Shown: in pieces, positions 37,897 through 51,770 of the stretch | Position numbering within the stretch: the first letter of the stretch is position 1 | Layout: each line of letters opens with the position of its first letter | From: Octopus sinensis | Lineage: Eukaryota | Length of the DNA: 64,000 bases | Assembly (NCBI RefSeq): GCF_006345805.1 | Contig: NW_021833065.1 | Span: 124,001 to 188,000 of the forward strand | Reading direction: 5' to 3' | Program-made: the position numbers and the translations under genes | Notes under the pieces: model-generated | What the model was told of the DNA's origin: nothing | The model's database searches: none | Seen by the model: the letters and a program-made list of their open reading frames with translations, nothing else

Positions 37897-38180
37897 ATCA
37901 TCATCATCGTTTAGCATCCGCTTTCCATGCTGGCATGGGTTGGACGGTGCAACTGGGGTCTGGGAAGCCACAAGGCTGCACCAAGCCCAGTCTGATCTGG
38001 CAATGTTTCTACGGCTGGATGCCCTTCCTAACGCCAACCACTCCATGAGTGTAATGGGTTCTTTTTACGTGCCAGACGAGGCTGGCAAACAGCCATGATC
38101 GGATGGTGCCTTTTACGTGCCACCGGCACGGAAGCCATTCGGGGCAGCGCTGGCAACGGCCATGTTCAGATGGTTCTTGG
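37897..38180 (-). mobile_element. RTE 3' UTR fragment nested in an older RTE relic (37800-38400)
   Basis: Reverse complement of the 17030-17353-type sequence; the host RT-end sequence continues on both sides. Confidence 0.75.
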
Positions 38181-39406
38181 TCATATGATCATATGGTCAT
38201 GTCGTGTGTATGATGAGGACAGCTGCAAAAAACGAGTGCCAATTATTAAATGTATATGGAAAAGGAAAACTCAGGAAAACATGAAATGAAGTAGTGAAGA
38301 CCAGCCTCAATTTGTTGAGCCTCATGGAGGAGATGACAAAGAACCTAGATGAATGGTAATTCTCTGTTCTTGAGAAGACCAATCCATCTTTGTAAAAATA
38401 AGGTTCTAAAGGCATATTGTTAATGCTTTTGCCCTGCATCTAATCTGTTCATGTCAAATCTTCCCAGCAGCACATCTTTGTGACAAAAATCCTTCCTTCA
38501 CCCTTCTAACTTTGGCAATATTTCCACATCTACTAGATGAGGGCAGAACTGCATATATTCTTCACCCCAATTTCTGTACTACCAGTAATCCCTCTCCTTG
38601 GAATCACTTCCCTTGCCAGTCATCTTGTACTCCCGGTCTCATTCCTTGCCACAATATTTACATTGAATGTTCCATTCCCTTGAACACCCCCTCATGTCTA
38701 TCAATGTCCCTACCCCTTTCTGAAGTTACTTATCCACTGTGTGTCTCTGTTGCTGTGCCCCTTCCATCCCCACAACACTTCACCTCATATCACTACATCT
38801 CATCTATCTATAGTTTTATTATACTGTTGTTCTCCAGCACACCTTTATGTATTACCACCTATCACCTCCTCCTCCTCTTTGACTTACTATTTTCTTAACA
38901 TTCCTCCAAACTGAGATATGCCACTGTCTACACTCCCATCCATGTTCATCATTCACTTCTCTCCTCATCTCTATTATCTATCACTCTCCTTTCACATTCT
39001 CACAAACCTACCAACCCATCCAGCTACCCTTCAATTTCAGTCTTTATTCTTTATACACCTTCTTCTACCTTAAAGGTACACCATCACCCACTTATCATTC
39101 TTTCTCCTTTTCCGGCTGGAGTAGCCATGTAACATCCTGTACATTCTGTAAAGTGGTTGGTATTAGGAAGGGTTTCCAGCCATATAAACTTTACATAAGA
39201 TTTAGGGACCCTCTGTAGCCCTCTAGCAAGTTGGCTCCCATGAAACCATCAAACTGATACCAGCATGGAATTAGGATATTAAATGATGATGATGATCATG
39301 ACGACAATGATGATGGTGGTGATGATATATTTGAAAAAATGAACAAGAATGGCTTTTCTGATAATTTCTCCTCTTTAATAATTAGATGTGTATAAATTAT
39401 TAGGTG

Positions 39407-39730
<324 letters not shown>

Positions 39731-40255
39731 CACATGATGTTATATATACATACATAGACTTGTTTTTATAAATATATACATAGTTATACATATTTATATA
39801 TATGTTTATATTAGTATATTATATACATTTACATGTGTATATACACACACACACACGCATACATACATACATAAATGCATGCATTTATGCACACACGCAC
39901 ATTCACATTTTAATACTGTCTCCTACTCCTTTGATTTCAACAAATGCACCTGACTAGATAACCATGTCTTTATGCATTGGGCTTAGTAGTATGAATGAAT
40001 AGCTCATATTCAACCAAAGAAGAAAGAAGAGAGAAGCATTTATCCCATGTCGAAAAATAATATCCATACAGTTACGATAAGAGGGAAAGTATTGCAACAA
40101 CTTATAAAATTCCAAAATTATCTCAGATTGAAAGAGGTATTGTGTAGCAGCAGCAGAAAAAACCGAAACTTATCAATGGAGTCTTCTCGACAGTGAAAAA
40201 GGGGAAAAACAAAAAAGCAGAACACCCAATTCTCAAGACCGCCGAAAGTGGTCTG

Positions 40256-40267
40256 TGCGCATGCGCA
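40256..40267. promoter_or_regulatory. NRF1-type palindrome TGCGCATGCGCA in a locally CpG-enriched, repeat-poor region
   Basis: Exact 12-bp consensus; CpGs visibly more frequent over about 40030-42600. Confidence 0.7.
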
Positions 40268-40269
40268 AG

Positions 40270-40343
40270 TTTACTGTCGTTTGTCTTTAGCATCAGTTTC
40301 TAAACTGTCTGCCTGCTAATTCACCAGTCAAATAGGAATATGG
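40270..40343 (+). other. Putative first exon ending ATGG|GTAAGT
   Basis: Canonical donor GTAAGT at 40344-40349, about 75 bp after the NRF1 site; ATG at 40340; exon start is approximate. Confidence 0.55.
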
Positions 40344-43300
40344 GTAAGTTTTTTCCTTTCAAGAATTTCTACTGTCGGCTGTTGGTCATACTTTTCTTTC
40401 TACCCAGCATATCTATCATGTGTTCGCTAGGTGTTGCTCTGTTTGTAATTATCACCGATATAAGTTGCAATTCCACCGTGTATATATATATATAAGCGAA
40501 GCCGATTGTAATTTTCATATTTCAATGAAACTATATTTATTTTCGTCAGCAGGATCTTATGATATTTTTTTAATTACTGTTGCGGAAAAAAAGGGATGGG
40601 TTCGGTTAATCTGCTTGACTTCTCGAGGAATTTTTGTTGAAATATTATTAATATACTTATATATTTAATGTAACTACGCTTATATTTGTACATATTTCGT
40701 ACCTATCTTTGTAGCGCTTGTATAAATTAGACAATAATACATATCAGAACGTGTATTTCTTTCTCTATCTCCCTCTTTCATATGGTACACACGACTGTAA
40801 TTATGTAGATGTGTATATATATTATATATTCTGCATTATCCGATAGTCATTAATTCCCATATTTTGCCTCGAAATTTCCCACCTTAATGAATATTTAAAC
40901 GAGCGATTAACCATTAAACTGTAGTAATGCAGTAATGCAAAATATATTAATTAAAAAATTAGCTTTGGCACAATCATATTTTTTCTTAAGTTTGAAAGCC
41001 CATAAATTAAAGATTTAGAAAGTTAGTCGACGTTATAAATCTATTAAATGATCAATTGTGAATATACCACGTCTGCTCAACATTCCGACCGGGCTGCTAC
41101 TACCTTACTCGTTATTTCTATCGGTGATTCATTCTGAAACTTCTTCATACATTCACACTGGGTTCAGATAAAATGATTGAGCCCTTAGGAATTTTATCTC
41201 TTTTTTTACCGAAATTCCTTCATTGTTCCTATGTTTATTCATTTTCATTGAAACTAGAAGATAATTTACCTTCGTCACCGTGCCGTTATATTTCTCCATT
41301 GTGATGTATTTTAAGTGAATGTTGTGATATGCATTTTGGTTTCAGTGAACATAATAGATATCTTGTAGAATCTCTACTCGCCTTAGCATTCCGATAAGAC
41401 TTGGAAATAAATTTACCTTGGATTAATCAACTCATCATTTGTAGATTCTTCTTTTATATGGTTCTTTCATTTATTTATCACATTTTGTGGGTCTTTTTTT
41501 TATTTTGACAACTCATAGATTCAAACAATTTTCTTACATTTTACTCTATAATTGCGAAATTTAGATAAACCTTCGCTTTATAACCTCCTTATTTCCATTT
41601 TTGGTTTGTGCCCCATTTTTGTTTTAATAATTTTCTTCCCATTTTCATTGCAGCATCCCCTTCCGCTCAGCATTTCATATATTCCACTGGTTCCCACCTC
41701 TTTTCATTCTAACAATATCGTAATTTCTCTTCATTCCGCTTGATTCCCTTGAATCTGAGCTTATGTATTAACATTAGATTATTATTATTATCATCATCTG
41801 TTTCGTTACCTAAAGAATAACGAATATGTTTTCGTTTTATAATCCCAATATAAATGACTTGCACCTAAGATAAATACCACGATACTATGAATCAACGGAG
41901 AGCCGTTATGTGATCGCTTGAAAATCAGCCAAATTCCCTGAAATTACATCAGTACCATCATAAAAAAAAAAAAAAAAGAACTCTGGATATAGTCCCGGGT
42001 TCTTTGTACATTGAGAAAAACGGGATAGTCTCGGTTGAAATGCCTTTGATCATACGTCAGCTCAATCAGGTCTGACGTAGGGCTAATCAACAACAACCAT
42101 GCTACTAGGTGCCAACAAGGGAGTTTCTGCACAGTCCCTCTCCTAGAAATAGCAGCTGCACTTCTCTCAACTAACTTAGATGACGTATTGAATAATGTAG
42201 TCATGTGTGCACGCAGCCGGCTAAAAAGGCAGGATGGTCACAACTGGAATATTCTTAATCATAGGTCTTTTCAGACAAGAATAATAACCTAGATCAAAGT
42301 AAAACCACCACGATACTGTATTAAGTGCCCCGCCATCACCAGTTATTATGTTTGATAAGTTTTCATTTAATGTTGAATTTTAAACAGTTTTGAAATTTTT
42401 ACTCCAATCATTTTCGATGCATTTGCTAAGTTGTTTCAATTTTATTTGTATTAAATTCATAATTAATTTATTAGTCATTTAGGATTAAGCTTACAAATTC
42501 TGTGTTAATAGCTGTTGTTGATGATGATGTTGATAACGGAAAAGAAACAGAAATTTAAAAAAAACAAAAAAAAACGCAATTGCTCTGATGCTATCCCGAT
42601 TTCAGAGACTACTCATCTTAAATGTTAGTAGCAGGCGTGACTTGTAGGATTACAACTTAGGAGTTGTCACTGCTATCAGTTGAAGCTACTTTGATGACAC
42701 TTAAGTGTTGAATCTGTTTGACCTTAAGAAAACTTATCCACAAATAATGCCAGATACTCACTCCTGTCAAAACATTTCCTCTCCGAAACAACTTCAGTGT
42801 AAAAGGTCTTCAAGTTGACTCGATAATTATCCCCATTAGCTAGCTGCCTTCTGTAATAACCAAAGGTAATATTTGTATATAATTAAGCAGCAAGCAGTCT
42901 CTTCCTCTATTGAAATGTGACACATTTTTTTTTCTTCCGCTGATGATGGTTTTACACCACTGCATTCATAAAATACTTTCTTGAGTTAATGAATGCCACT
43001 AAGGGCAAAAGACATAATGTACCAAATAAACTCTTTTATTCATAATCCAGTGACTTGGCACATTATTATTTAAATATAAATAGAAAAAACAATGACTATT
43101 AGAATATAGACATAAAAACTTTCATACTTTCTTTTTTGGATTTTATTGTTGTTTCCAAACATTAGCTGTTAAAATAAAATAAAAAATTAGAAAGGAATTT
43201 TTGACCAAATTTTATATGTATAGTAATGCAACACATTAACATTCTACAATGTTAAATTAACATTTCTAAATTTAATGATTGTTAGCTTTAATCATAAAAA

Positions 43301-44149
43301 GAAAAACATTTTAGTTCTAATATGCTTCCAAGGCTCAGTTATTTTTTTCAACTTGAATTTAATTTTCCTTTTGATTTGAAACATAAGTCAAGTAGAGGAA
43401 GCCCCTCCTGCCTTTTCTTTCTTTTCTTTTGCAACATTTTAATTAGTATTATTCAAAACTTGTAGGGTTTTGTTTTATTTTTTTGCAGTTCTCCATTATT
43501 TTATTTTATTTATCTATTTTGTTTAGTTTTAGAATACTAAAATATCGGTTGCTTCACGTGACAGCTTAAGCTTGTTGCCTGGTATTATTCTTTTTAACTG
43601 GACAAACATGTTATGAACTATATTTAACCAAACTTTGTTTTAAATATAGACCACAAAACTAAATTTGTGGCTTCTAAGTTAATTATTGGAACCTACTTAA
43701 CTTCTGTACTCTAGATCTATGCATTAAGTTTACAGATCTTTAAGACTTATTCTTATATTTTCATTCTCAATTCAACTTGAACCATGAAGTTCATTAGTAT
43801 TATCTAAAGTTATGTAATTCATTTGAAACATAAATTAACTGTTACTAAAAAAAGATATGTAAATAATTTTCAATACAGAACAGTATACTGAATAATTTGA
43901 TTGCTGTTAAAAATTTAACTGATCTAACAAGTATCTATAAATGATAGCCAAGAAGAATAATTAGAAAAGTAATTTATTATGATTCAGAGAATATTATCAA
44001 TGTACTTTGTCAATTTGAATATAAATATGAATCTGTGTTTTAATATACCTGTAATTTAATTACACATTCAAATATTTTTTATCTATAATTTCGATTTTTT
44101 TGGTCTATTATTTCTTTTTGAAATTCTGTCCATAAAAGAAAAATAAATT

Positions 44150-44258
44150 AAGCAATGGCACATGGTTCTGAGTTCAGTTCCACTTTGTGGCACCTTGGAC
44201 AAGAAGCTTATGCCTTCTGAGTGGATTCAGTAGACAGAAATTGAAAGAAGCCCATCGC

Positions 44259-44328
<70 letters not shown>

Positions 44329-44532
44329 GTGTGTGTTTGTGTCTGCACCCCACTGCCGCCACTGCTTGACAACTGATGTTGATGTGTTTACATCCCTGTA
44401 ATCTAGCAAAAGAGACTGATAGAATAAATGCCAGGCTTAAAGAAAAGTTCATTCGACTAAAAGTTCTTTAAGTTGGTGCTCCAGCATGGCTGCAGTCTAA
44501 TAATAACTGAAACAAGAAAAAGATAAAAGATT
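44150..44532 (+). mobile_element. SINE family B copy
   Basis: GAGTTCAGTTCCACTTTGTGGCACCTTGGACAAG ... CTCCAGCATGGCTGCAGTC..ACTGAAACAAG. Confidence 0.75.
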
Positions 44533-45714
44533 TTAGTGATGGAATATTTGTTGTTTTGCTTTTCTTTTGATTAAAACTGTAAAAATCAGTTTCTTTAAGT
44601 ACTCCATAAAGACATTTAACCTTAAAATATTTTAATATGCTAGCAATGTTAAGAGTTGATTTGTTAATTATTCTTTTTATAATTTAAATTAGGTTGCATC
44701 TAAGTAAAACTAGGTATTCTTTTCCCTCATTTTTCACTGGCTCTTCCATTGTTGCAAAGAGAATGTGTAGATGTGAAATATCTTCATCTTTTTTTTTATC
44801 TTTAAATCTGTTTGTGAAAAAGTATAACAACTGTTTCTCACAGCAATTTCTCCCATCACCCACCACTTTCTCTCTTGCAAGGGGCTTCTCAGTGACTGTA
44901 GATTTAAGTTTCCATTACTGACATTAAATTAGTGTTGCCTTATCTTATATCTCTCTATCTACTGGATGTTCAAACATCTTGGTTAACTATGTGCAGCTGC
45001 TGATATAATATGGCTCCCACAACTGCTGTTCTCTTGGAGTATTGACACCATTTTGGACTCAAAATATTTAGCTTCCTCACAAACCCTGAATGAAGAAGAA
45101 TGGCTCCATAAATACATGTCATATTCTATGTTTGACAGATGACATGCGAACTAGTGATGAGGGAGTAGGGAAAATTATTCTCTTCAGTTGTCAGATGTGA
45201 AATGTTTCCTTAAATTCACTCTGATTTACATTTGAAATTTATGTAATTGACTACATGTAGTGTATACAAACTGTTATAAATTGAATTTTCTTAGCAAACC
45301 AGTTAACTTAATTGTTTTTACTACATAAAGGTTGTATGATAAAGGAATTGGTTAAATCACACTAGACAGAAGCTTCTGTTTCTACAAGAATGTATGTGTG
45401 TGTGCTTATGTATGTATGCATATGTATATGATAGTATGAATGCATATTTATATATAACAATATGTAGGTAGGAATATGTGAGTGTATATCTATGCCTGTA
45501 TATACATCTCAATATTTATAGATAAATACATGATGTATGTATATATGTGTGTATAAATTTATATATACACATATATGTATGTATATGTATATATGTACAT
45601 ATATATATATATATGTCTGGTGCAGCCTCCTGGCTTCCCAGACCCTGGTCGAACCGTCCAACCCATGCTACCATGAAAAACGGATGTTAAACGATGATAT
45701 ATATATATATGTTT

Positions 45715-45925
45715 TTTTTCTACTCCAGGCACAAGGCCCAAAATTTTGGGGGAGTGTGTAGTCAATTAGATTGACCCTAGTACACAACTGGTACTTAATC
45801 TATTGACCCCGAAAGGATGGAAGGCAAAGTCAACCTTGGTGGGATTTGAACTCAGAATGTAAAGACAGACAAATACTGCTAAGCATTTTGCACGGCATGC
45901 TAACATTTCTGCCAACTTGCCGCCT
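45715..45925 (-). mobile_element. SINE family A copy
   Basis: ACTGGTACTTAATCTATTGACCCCGAAAGGATGGAAGGCAAAGTC. Confidence 0.8.
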
Positions 45926-46379
45926 TTTTTATGTATATATTGGTATGCACATATATATATATATATATTCATCATCGTTGTTGTTTAACGTCCTTTTTCC
46001 ATGCTGGCATGCATTGATTGGTTTGACAAGAGCTATCCAGACCCCAGTTATCTGTTGTATTATGGTTTCTAAGGGAGGGTGCCTTTCCTAACACCAACCA
46101 CTTCACAGTGTGCTGGGTGCTCTTTACGTGCCACCAGCATTTACACACCACTGGCATGAGTGCATTTTATGTGGCACTGGCACCTGTAAGGGACAAGCCT
46201 GTATGTATGGATGACAGCAATTTCACTTATCTAGACACATCTTCTCAAGTACAGCAAATTAGCCACAACTCTCGTTCCCTTGTCATTTCCTCAGTGAGGC
46301 CTAGCGTCCAAAAATCCTTTCTCATCACTTTGTCCTATGCCTTCCTGGGTCTACCCTTTAGACATATATATGTATATGC

Positions 46380-46740
46380 ATTCTATTGTTTCAGTCATTT
46401 GACTGTGACCATGCTGGAGCAATGCCTCTAGTCAAAGAAATCAACCCAGTACTTATTCTTTGTAAGCCTAGTACTTATTCTATTGGTCTTTTTGCCGAAC
46501 CACTAAGTTACGGAGACATAAACACACCAACATCAGTTGCCAAGTGATAGTGGGGGGGACAAATACAGACACACAAACATATACATATATATACATATAT
46601 GTTTCCATCTACCAAATCCACTCACAAGGCTTTGGTCGGCCCAAGGCTATAGCAGAAGACACTTGCCCAAGGTGCCATGCGGTCGGACTGAACCTAGAAC
46701 CATGGAGTTAGGAAGCAAGCTTCTTACCACAGCCACACCT
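46380..46740 (-). mobile_element. SINE family B copy, following an RTE 3' fragment at 45970-46360
   Basis: Collinear with 7045-7431. Confidence 0.85.
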
Positions 46741-46929
46741 ATAATGTATATGTATATGTACATATGCATAAATATCTGTAAAAAAAATTCTGGGGTGAAT
46801 TCATTCATTTGAAATTCTTGAAAGTGTTGCTCCTAATGACTGAAACAAGTTAAAGATATGTATGTATGTGTGTGTGTATATATATTCATATATATATATA
46901 TACTAGCATGGAAAACGGATGTTAAATGA

Positions 46930-46983
<54 letters not shown>

Positions 46984-46994
46984 CACATATGTAT

Positions 46995-47612
46995 AGGCGC
47001 AGGAGTGGCTGTGTGGTAAGTAGCTTGCTTACCAACCACATGGTTCCGGGTTCAAAGAAGAAATGGAAATGAATGATACCGCTTGATGATGGTGACAGTG
47101 GTCTACAACTATAACATATCAAAACCAAGGCACATGCATGTACACACACACACATTGGACTTATTTCAATTTCTATCAACCAAATCCACTCGTAAGCTTT
47201 TGGTTGGTCTGGTGCTATTGTAGAAGACACTTACCCAAGTTTCCACTCAGTGTGATTGAAACCCCGAAACCATGTGATTGGGAAACAAACTTGGGTAAGT
47301 GTCTTCTACAATAGCCTCGGGCCGACCAAAGCCTTGTGAGTGGATTTGGCAGACAGAAACTGAAAGAAGCCTGTCGTATATATATATGTATGTGTGTGTG
47401 TATATGTTTGTGTGTCTGTGTTTGTCCCCCAACATCGCTTGACAACTGATGCTGGTGTGTTTACGTCCCCGTTACTTAGCAGTTCAGCAAAAGAGACTGA
47501 TAGAATAAGTACTAGGCTTCCAAAGAATAAGTCCTGGGGTTGATTTGCTTGGCTAAAGGCACTGCTCCAGCATGGCCGTAGTCAAATGACTAAAACGAGT
47601 AAAAGAGTAAAG
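46995..47612 (+). mobile_element. SINE family B copy interrupted by a ~240-bp templated insertion
   Basis: AGGCGCAGGAGTGGCTGTGTGG head; body resumes near 47291; the insert matches 52837-53096. Confidence 0.85.
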
Positions 47613-47624
47613 AGTATGTATATA

Positions 47625-47655
<31 letters not shown>

Positions 47656-48799
47656 GTGTGTGTGTTTGAATATATATGTGTGTGTATTTGAATATATGTA
47701 CGTATATATATATATATATGTAGGAATATATCTATGTATAGGCATGTAGATATAGATGTGTATGCAATATATATATATATATATACACACACTACACATT
47801 CGTATGTATGTGTATGGGATTTGGGTGAATAGATTTTGAGAAAGTCTGTCCCTACATAAGCCTGTAGGGACAGACTTAGATACCTGTGGTGTAGATGATA
47901 AACAGATTCTCTGTGAAAAAACCTGTTTAGAAGTACATATATCAAATATGTTTGTCAGATAGTGTCTCATCAAGCCAAAAGTGGCATGATGGTGGAATAA
48001 TTTGGTTGATAGGCTAGTAAAAACTAAGAGACAGGCTTGGTAAAGCTAGGACAGCAGTGGTAGTAGGGTGCATTATGAAATGGCTCAAAGAGTTGCTTGG
48101 TGACCAGTGTACTTGGCTAGGGATGAAGCAGAAAAGAAGAGATTTGTGCTTGTTTTGCAACATGAGATCAGAGGTTTGAGGTGTTCAGGATTGAGAGAAA
48201 GTGTGTGAGAGTGAGAATAAACTGAGATGTCATTGGTGAGAATGATCAAAGTATACTTGCCCGTGATGTGGAAGGCAAGGGTTGATATTGCAATTATGAG
48301 TGGCAACTGAACATGGACATTGCATAGGATATAAGTGGCTAACTCATGCTGACTCTTCAGAAGGACAAGTAATTCATGTTCACAGGAGCATATTTGATAA
48401 AGCGATCAAAAACATGAAGAAAGGGAAAGTTGCAGGTCTTTCAAGGATAGTTGCAGAGACGCTCAAAATATCCAGTGAGGTAGGATATACGAATAACAAC
48501 TAGATAGTTAATCAAGTTATACATTGTAGAAGAAATTATAGAGAATCAAACTTCTAGATCATGTTTTGAAGGCCATAGAAAAATTACAGCACAATTGATC
48601 CATGACAGACTATCCCATACATTGTTCTCCAAATTTTTCACATTTTATAAGCAATCAATTAGTCTTTTCTACTTTCAATTGAATTTTCTTGAGAATATCT
48701 TCAGAAAATTGAGTAATCACCAGTTATTTATTTGCTTTATTTTCAAACATGTGAAAATGCAGAAATGAATACAGTTGCTTGTGGTCTAATATTTATATC

Positions 48800-49107
48800 A
48801 AAATGAGACTGTATTTACAAATAGCAAGCTTTATTCACATATATCTGTCATTTAAATGTGAAAACGTAGAAATGAATTGTTTAGAACATCGGTTAATGAA
48901 CAGGATGGTGGAAGAAACAGGACAGAAAGATTACAAAAATAGCGATTCTCACTTTGAAACTGACAATTTTGAAAATCTTTTTAGATTATGGAATGCCCCA
49001 CTCTCTCGTGTATCCATGTTTAAAATTTCAGTGCAATCGGATGAACAATACTTGTGCTCTAAGCATACAAAAAACAGACATACAGAATGGAATTTATATA
49101 TTAGATA
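48800..49107 (-). mobile_element. Possible non-autonomous Helitron-like (Lep1-like) 5' region
   Basis: Minus strand ATCTAATATATAAA..TCTGTATGTCTGTTT..ATCCGATTGCACTGAAATTTT resembles recalled Lep1-type 5' ends; similar motif on plus at about 8975-9060; no 3' end found. Confidence 0.35.
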
Positions 49108-49109
49108 AA

Positions 49110-49155
<46 letters not shown>

Positions 49156-49182
49156 GTATATATATATATGTGTGTGTGTGTG

Positions 49183-49225
<43 letters not shown>

Positions 49226-49445
49226 GTATGTGTATATATATATATGTGTGTGTGTGTGTGTATATATATATGTATGTATGTGTATATATATATATATATA
49301 TGTATGTATATATGTATGTACATATATATATGTGTGTACGTATATATGTGTGTATGTATATATGTGTGTATGTATATATGTATGTACATATATATGTATG
49401 TACATATATATGTGTGTGTGAACATATGTGTGTGTATATGATACT
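49110..49445. repeat. (TA)n/(TG)n compound microsatellite
   Basis: Direct reading. Confidence 0.95.
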
Positions 49446-50398
49446 GTGTGGTAATGAAACACAAACAGTAGAAATGAATGACAGTAATTAGAGAAGAATA
49501 AGTGGAATTTGGTAAGTTAGACTTAAAACATTAACCTACAAAGTCTTATATTTGTGAATTGACAAAATTGATACCAAAACAATAAGGTCACTATAAATTC
49601 AGCAGGTGATTACATTAGAATGAACATGTACTGTGAATAAATATGTTCTGTTGTGGAGGGTATCTATTTGCTGGAGAATTCTAGAAAGATCTGATAAAAA
49701 CAAATTAAACAAAACCTGTGAGTTTTGACCCTCATAGATAAGATGATTCAGGTTACAGATGCATTAATAGATGTATTTATAACTTCTGTTAGTATGGAAA
49801 CTCGGGTGCTTTAATGTGAGAGTGAATATAAAAAAGCAAAAGATATTTTAGAAAATATAGTTATTCATTATAATATTTCTGGAGCATTAACTATACATTG
49901 CATTGTATTGAAATAATTTCTGTTCTTGCATATTTGCTATTCATAATACTAAATTTCTACAATTAAACCACTAAGGTTAAAATAAAAAAGTCTTTCATAA
50001 ATACACTAACACACATTTAAGCAAGTTACCAGATAACAGAGTTATGTGCAATAGACCCTTCCAAACTAGTTGTTACTCTTTATCTTTTACTCATTTCAAG
50101 TCTATTTAAAATCCTGAAGAGTGTTAAAAAAAAGTAGTTCAAACATTGTTAAAAGTCTTTTTTAATCTTCAACGATTTTTAATGGTCATTTAATTTCGAT
50201 TATTAATTTCCCTTTTAGCATAATGTTTTATAGAAAATATATCCTTCAAAGAAATCTAGTATTTTTATAGGAATTTTAGCAAAGCTAAATTTGTTTATAT
50301 TGTTTTCAAATTATTTAGGCATACTCTGTTTATATAATTTTAGCTAAGTTTATGCTATATATGTTAGATATGAAGCTACAGATTTGTATATATATATG

Positions 50399-50434
<36 letters not shown>

Positions 50435-51090
50435 TGAGGGGATACCCAAAAGAAACTGGAACTCTTGCAAAATGATACCTTTTAACGACTCCACATCTGC
50501 AAATTCCATAGCACCAGCTTTTGGTCACCAATGATGACCTTCAAAAAAAGGTCCAGATCAACTTCCAGTTGTTCTTTCAGTTTATGACATGCATTCAGTT
50601 GTGACTGCTTTTGATCTTCCATGAGGAAGCAAGGCACAAATTTTGCTGCAACTCTATTCATTCGCACTTTCTTGCTCAAAATTCGTTGGCAGGAGTTTCA
50701 GGACATACCAGTCATATAAACAAATTTGTCAGTTGTTTGGTGACAGTCCTCCAAAATTAGTTCATGAATTTTCATGATGTTTTCATTCGTTTGGGAGGTT
50801 GACAGCTATCCTGAACAAGATTGGTCAACAAGTGACCATTCTTAAAGCATGGAAACCACTCATAAACTTGTGTTTTGCTCATTTGAGTGTCCTTGTAATC
50901 TGCTTGAAGCATGACAATTGTTTCAGCTGCTGTTTTCCCCAGCATAAAACAGAATATCACAAAAGCATGCTATTCTTTCATTTTAGCCATTGCAAAAATC
51001 AACAAACAGGGGAGAAGCATTACAAACCAAAGATGCACCACATGGCAGTAGGACTTCAGTTGATGTCACCCATCAGTAGACTGATACCTG
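50435..51090 (-). mobile_element. Mariner transposase pseudogene fragment
   Basis: FCFMLGKTAAETIVMLQ..MSKTQVYEWF..FKNG (HTH) and RVAAKFVP..EDQKQ..FLKVIIGDQK (WVPHEL linker and first catalytic D). Confidence 0.85.
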
Positions 51091-51094
51091 AGGG

Positions 51095-51770
51095 TTGCAC
51101 CAAGTGACTTTTCCCAGTTAATTTTTGCTCCTGTTACCGCTTCGTATTCTTTTAGTGTCTCGCTGACTAGATCAATATGGCCATGGCTAAACTCTATAAA
51201 GGTGACGTCGTCCACGTATGCAGATACACTCGTCCCACATCCCAATTCTTGTGGTGTCCTCCTTAGCGTTGCCAGCTTCCACAGTAGTGGCTGAAGAGTC
51301 AAAATGTACAGAAGTGACAAGTAGGGGCATCCTTAACGGACTGAATGTGCAATGTCAAATGGTCAGGATAGATGCCTATTCATGCGAACTACTGAACAGA
51401 TGCCGCTGTATAAGGCAGTGATCCAGCCATGGAAAACAGGACTGAAACCAGCCGCTATGAGGACAGCCTCCAAGTATCGATTGTCTACCCTATCGGAAGC
51501 TTTGGATTGATCTAAATTGATCAACACCTCGTCCATGCCAGGTTCCTTAACTACCTTGTTTATGATGTAGCATCAGATGGAGGATGTCATGGATACTCCT
51601 GCTTGGTACAGCGCACATTTGCGCCTTGTCAGCCAGTTTCCCAATGACAAGCGCCAACCTCTTGGCTAACATCTTCAAAATCTTTGAATCTGCATTGAGT
51701 AGAGTGATGGGCCTGAAGTCATTTATGGTATTCCCCTTGTTTGGATCTTTCTTTCGCAGTGCCACCATTC
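51095..51770 (-). mobile_element. L1/Tx1-type LINE RT fragment
   Basis: DFRPITLLNADSKIL..LAKRL, AYVDDVT, YEAVTGAKINWEKS. Confidence 0.85.

Noticed and set aside
41910-42300. Additional dispersed repeat (GGATGGTCACAACTGGAAT..GATCATAGGTC; similar near 16.5, 17.5, 21.9 and 61.15 kb)
   Set aside because: Probably an old SINE-like family, but boundaries and class could not be fixed by eye.
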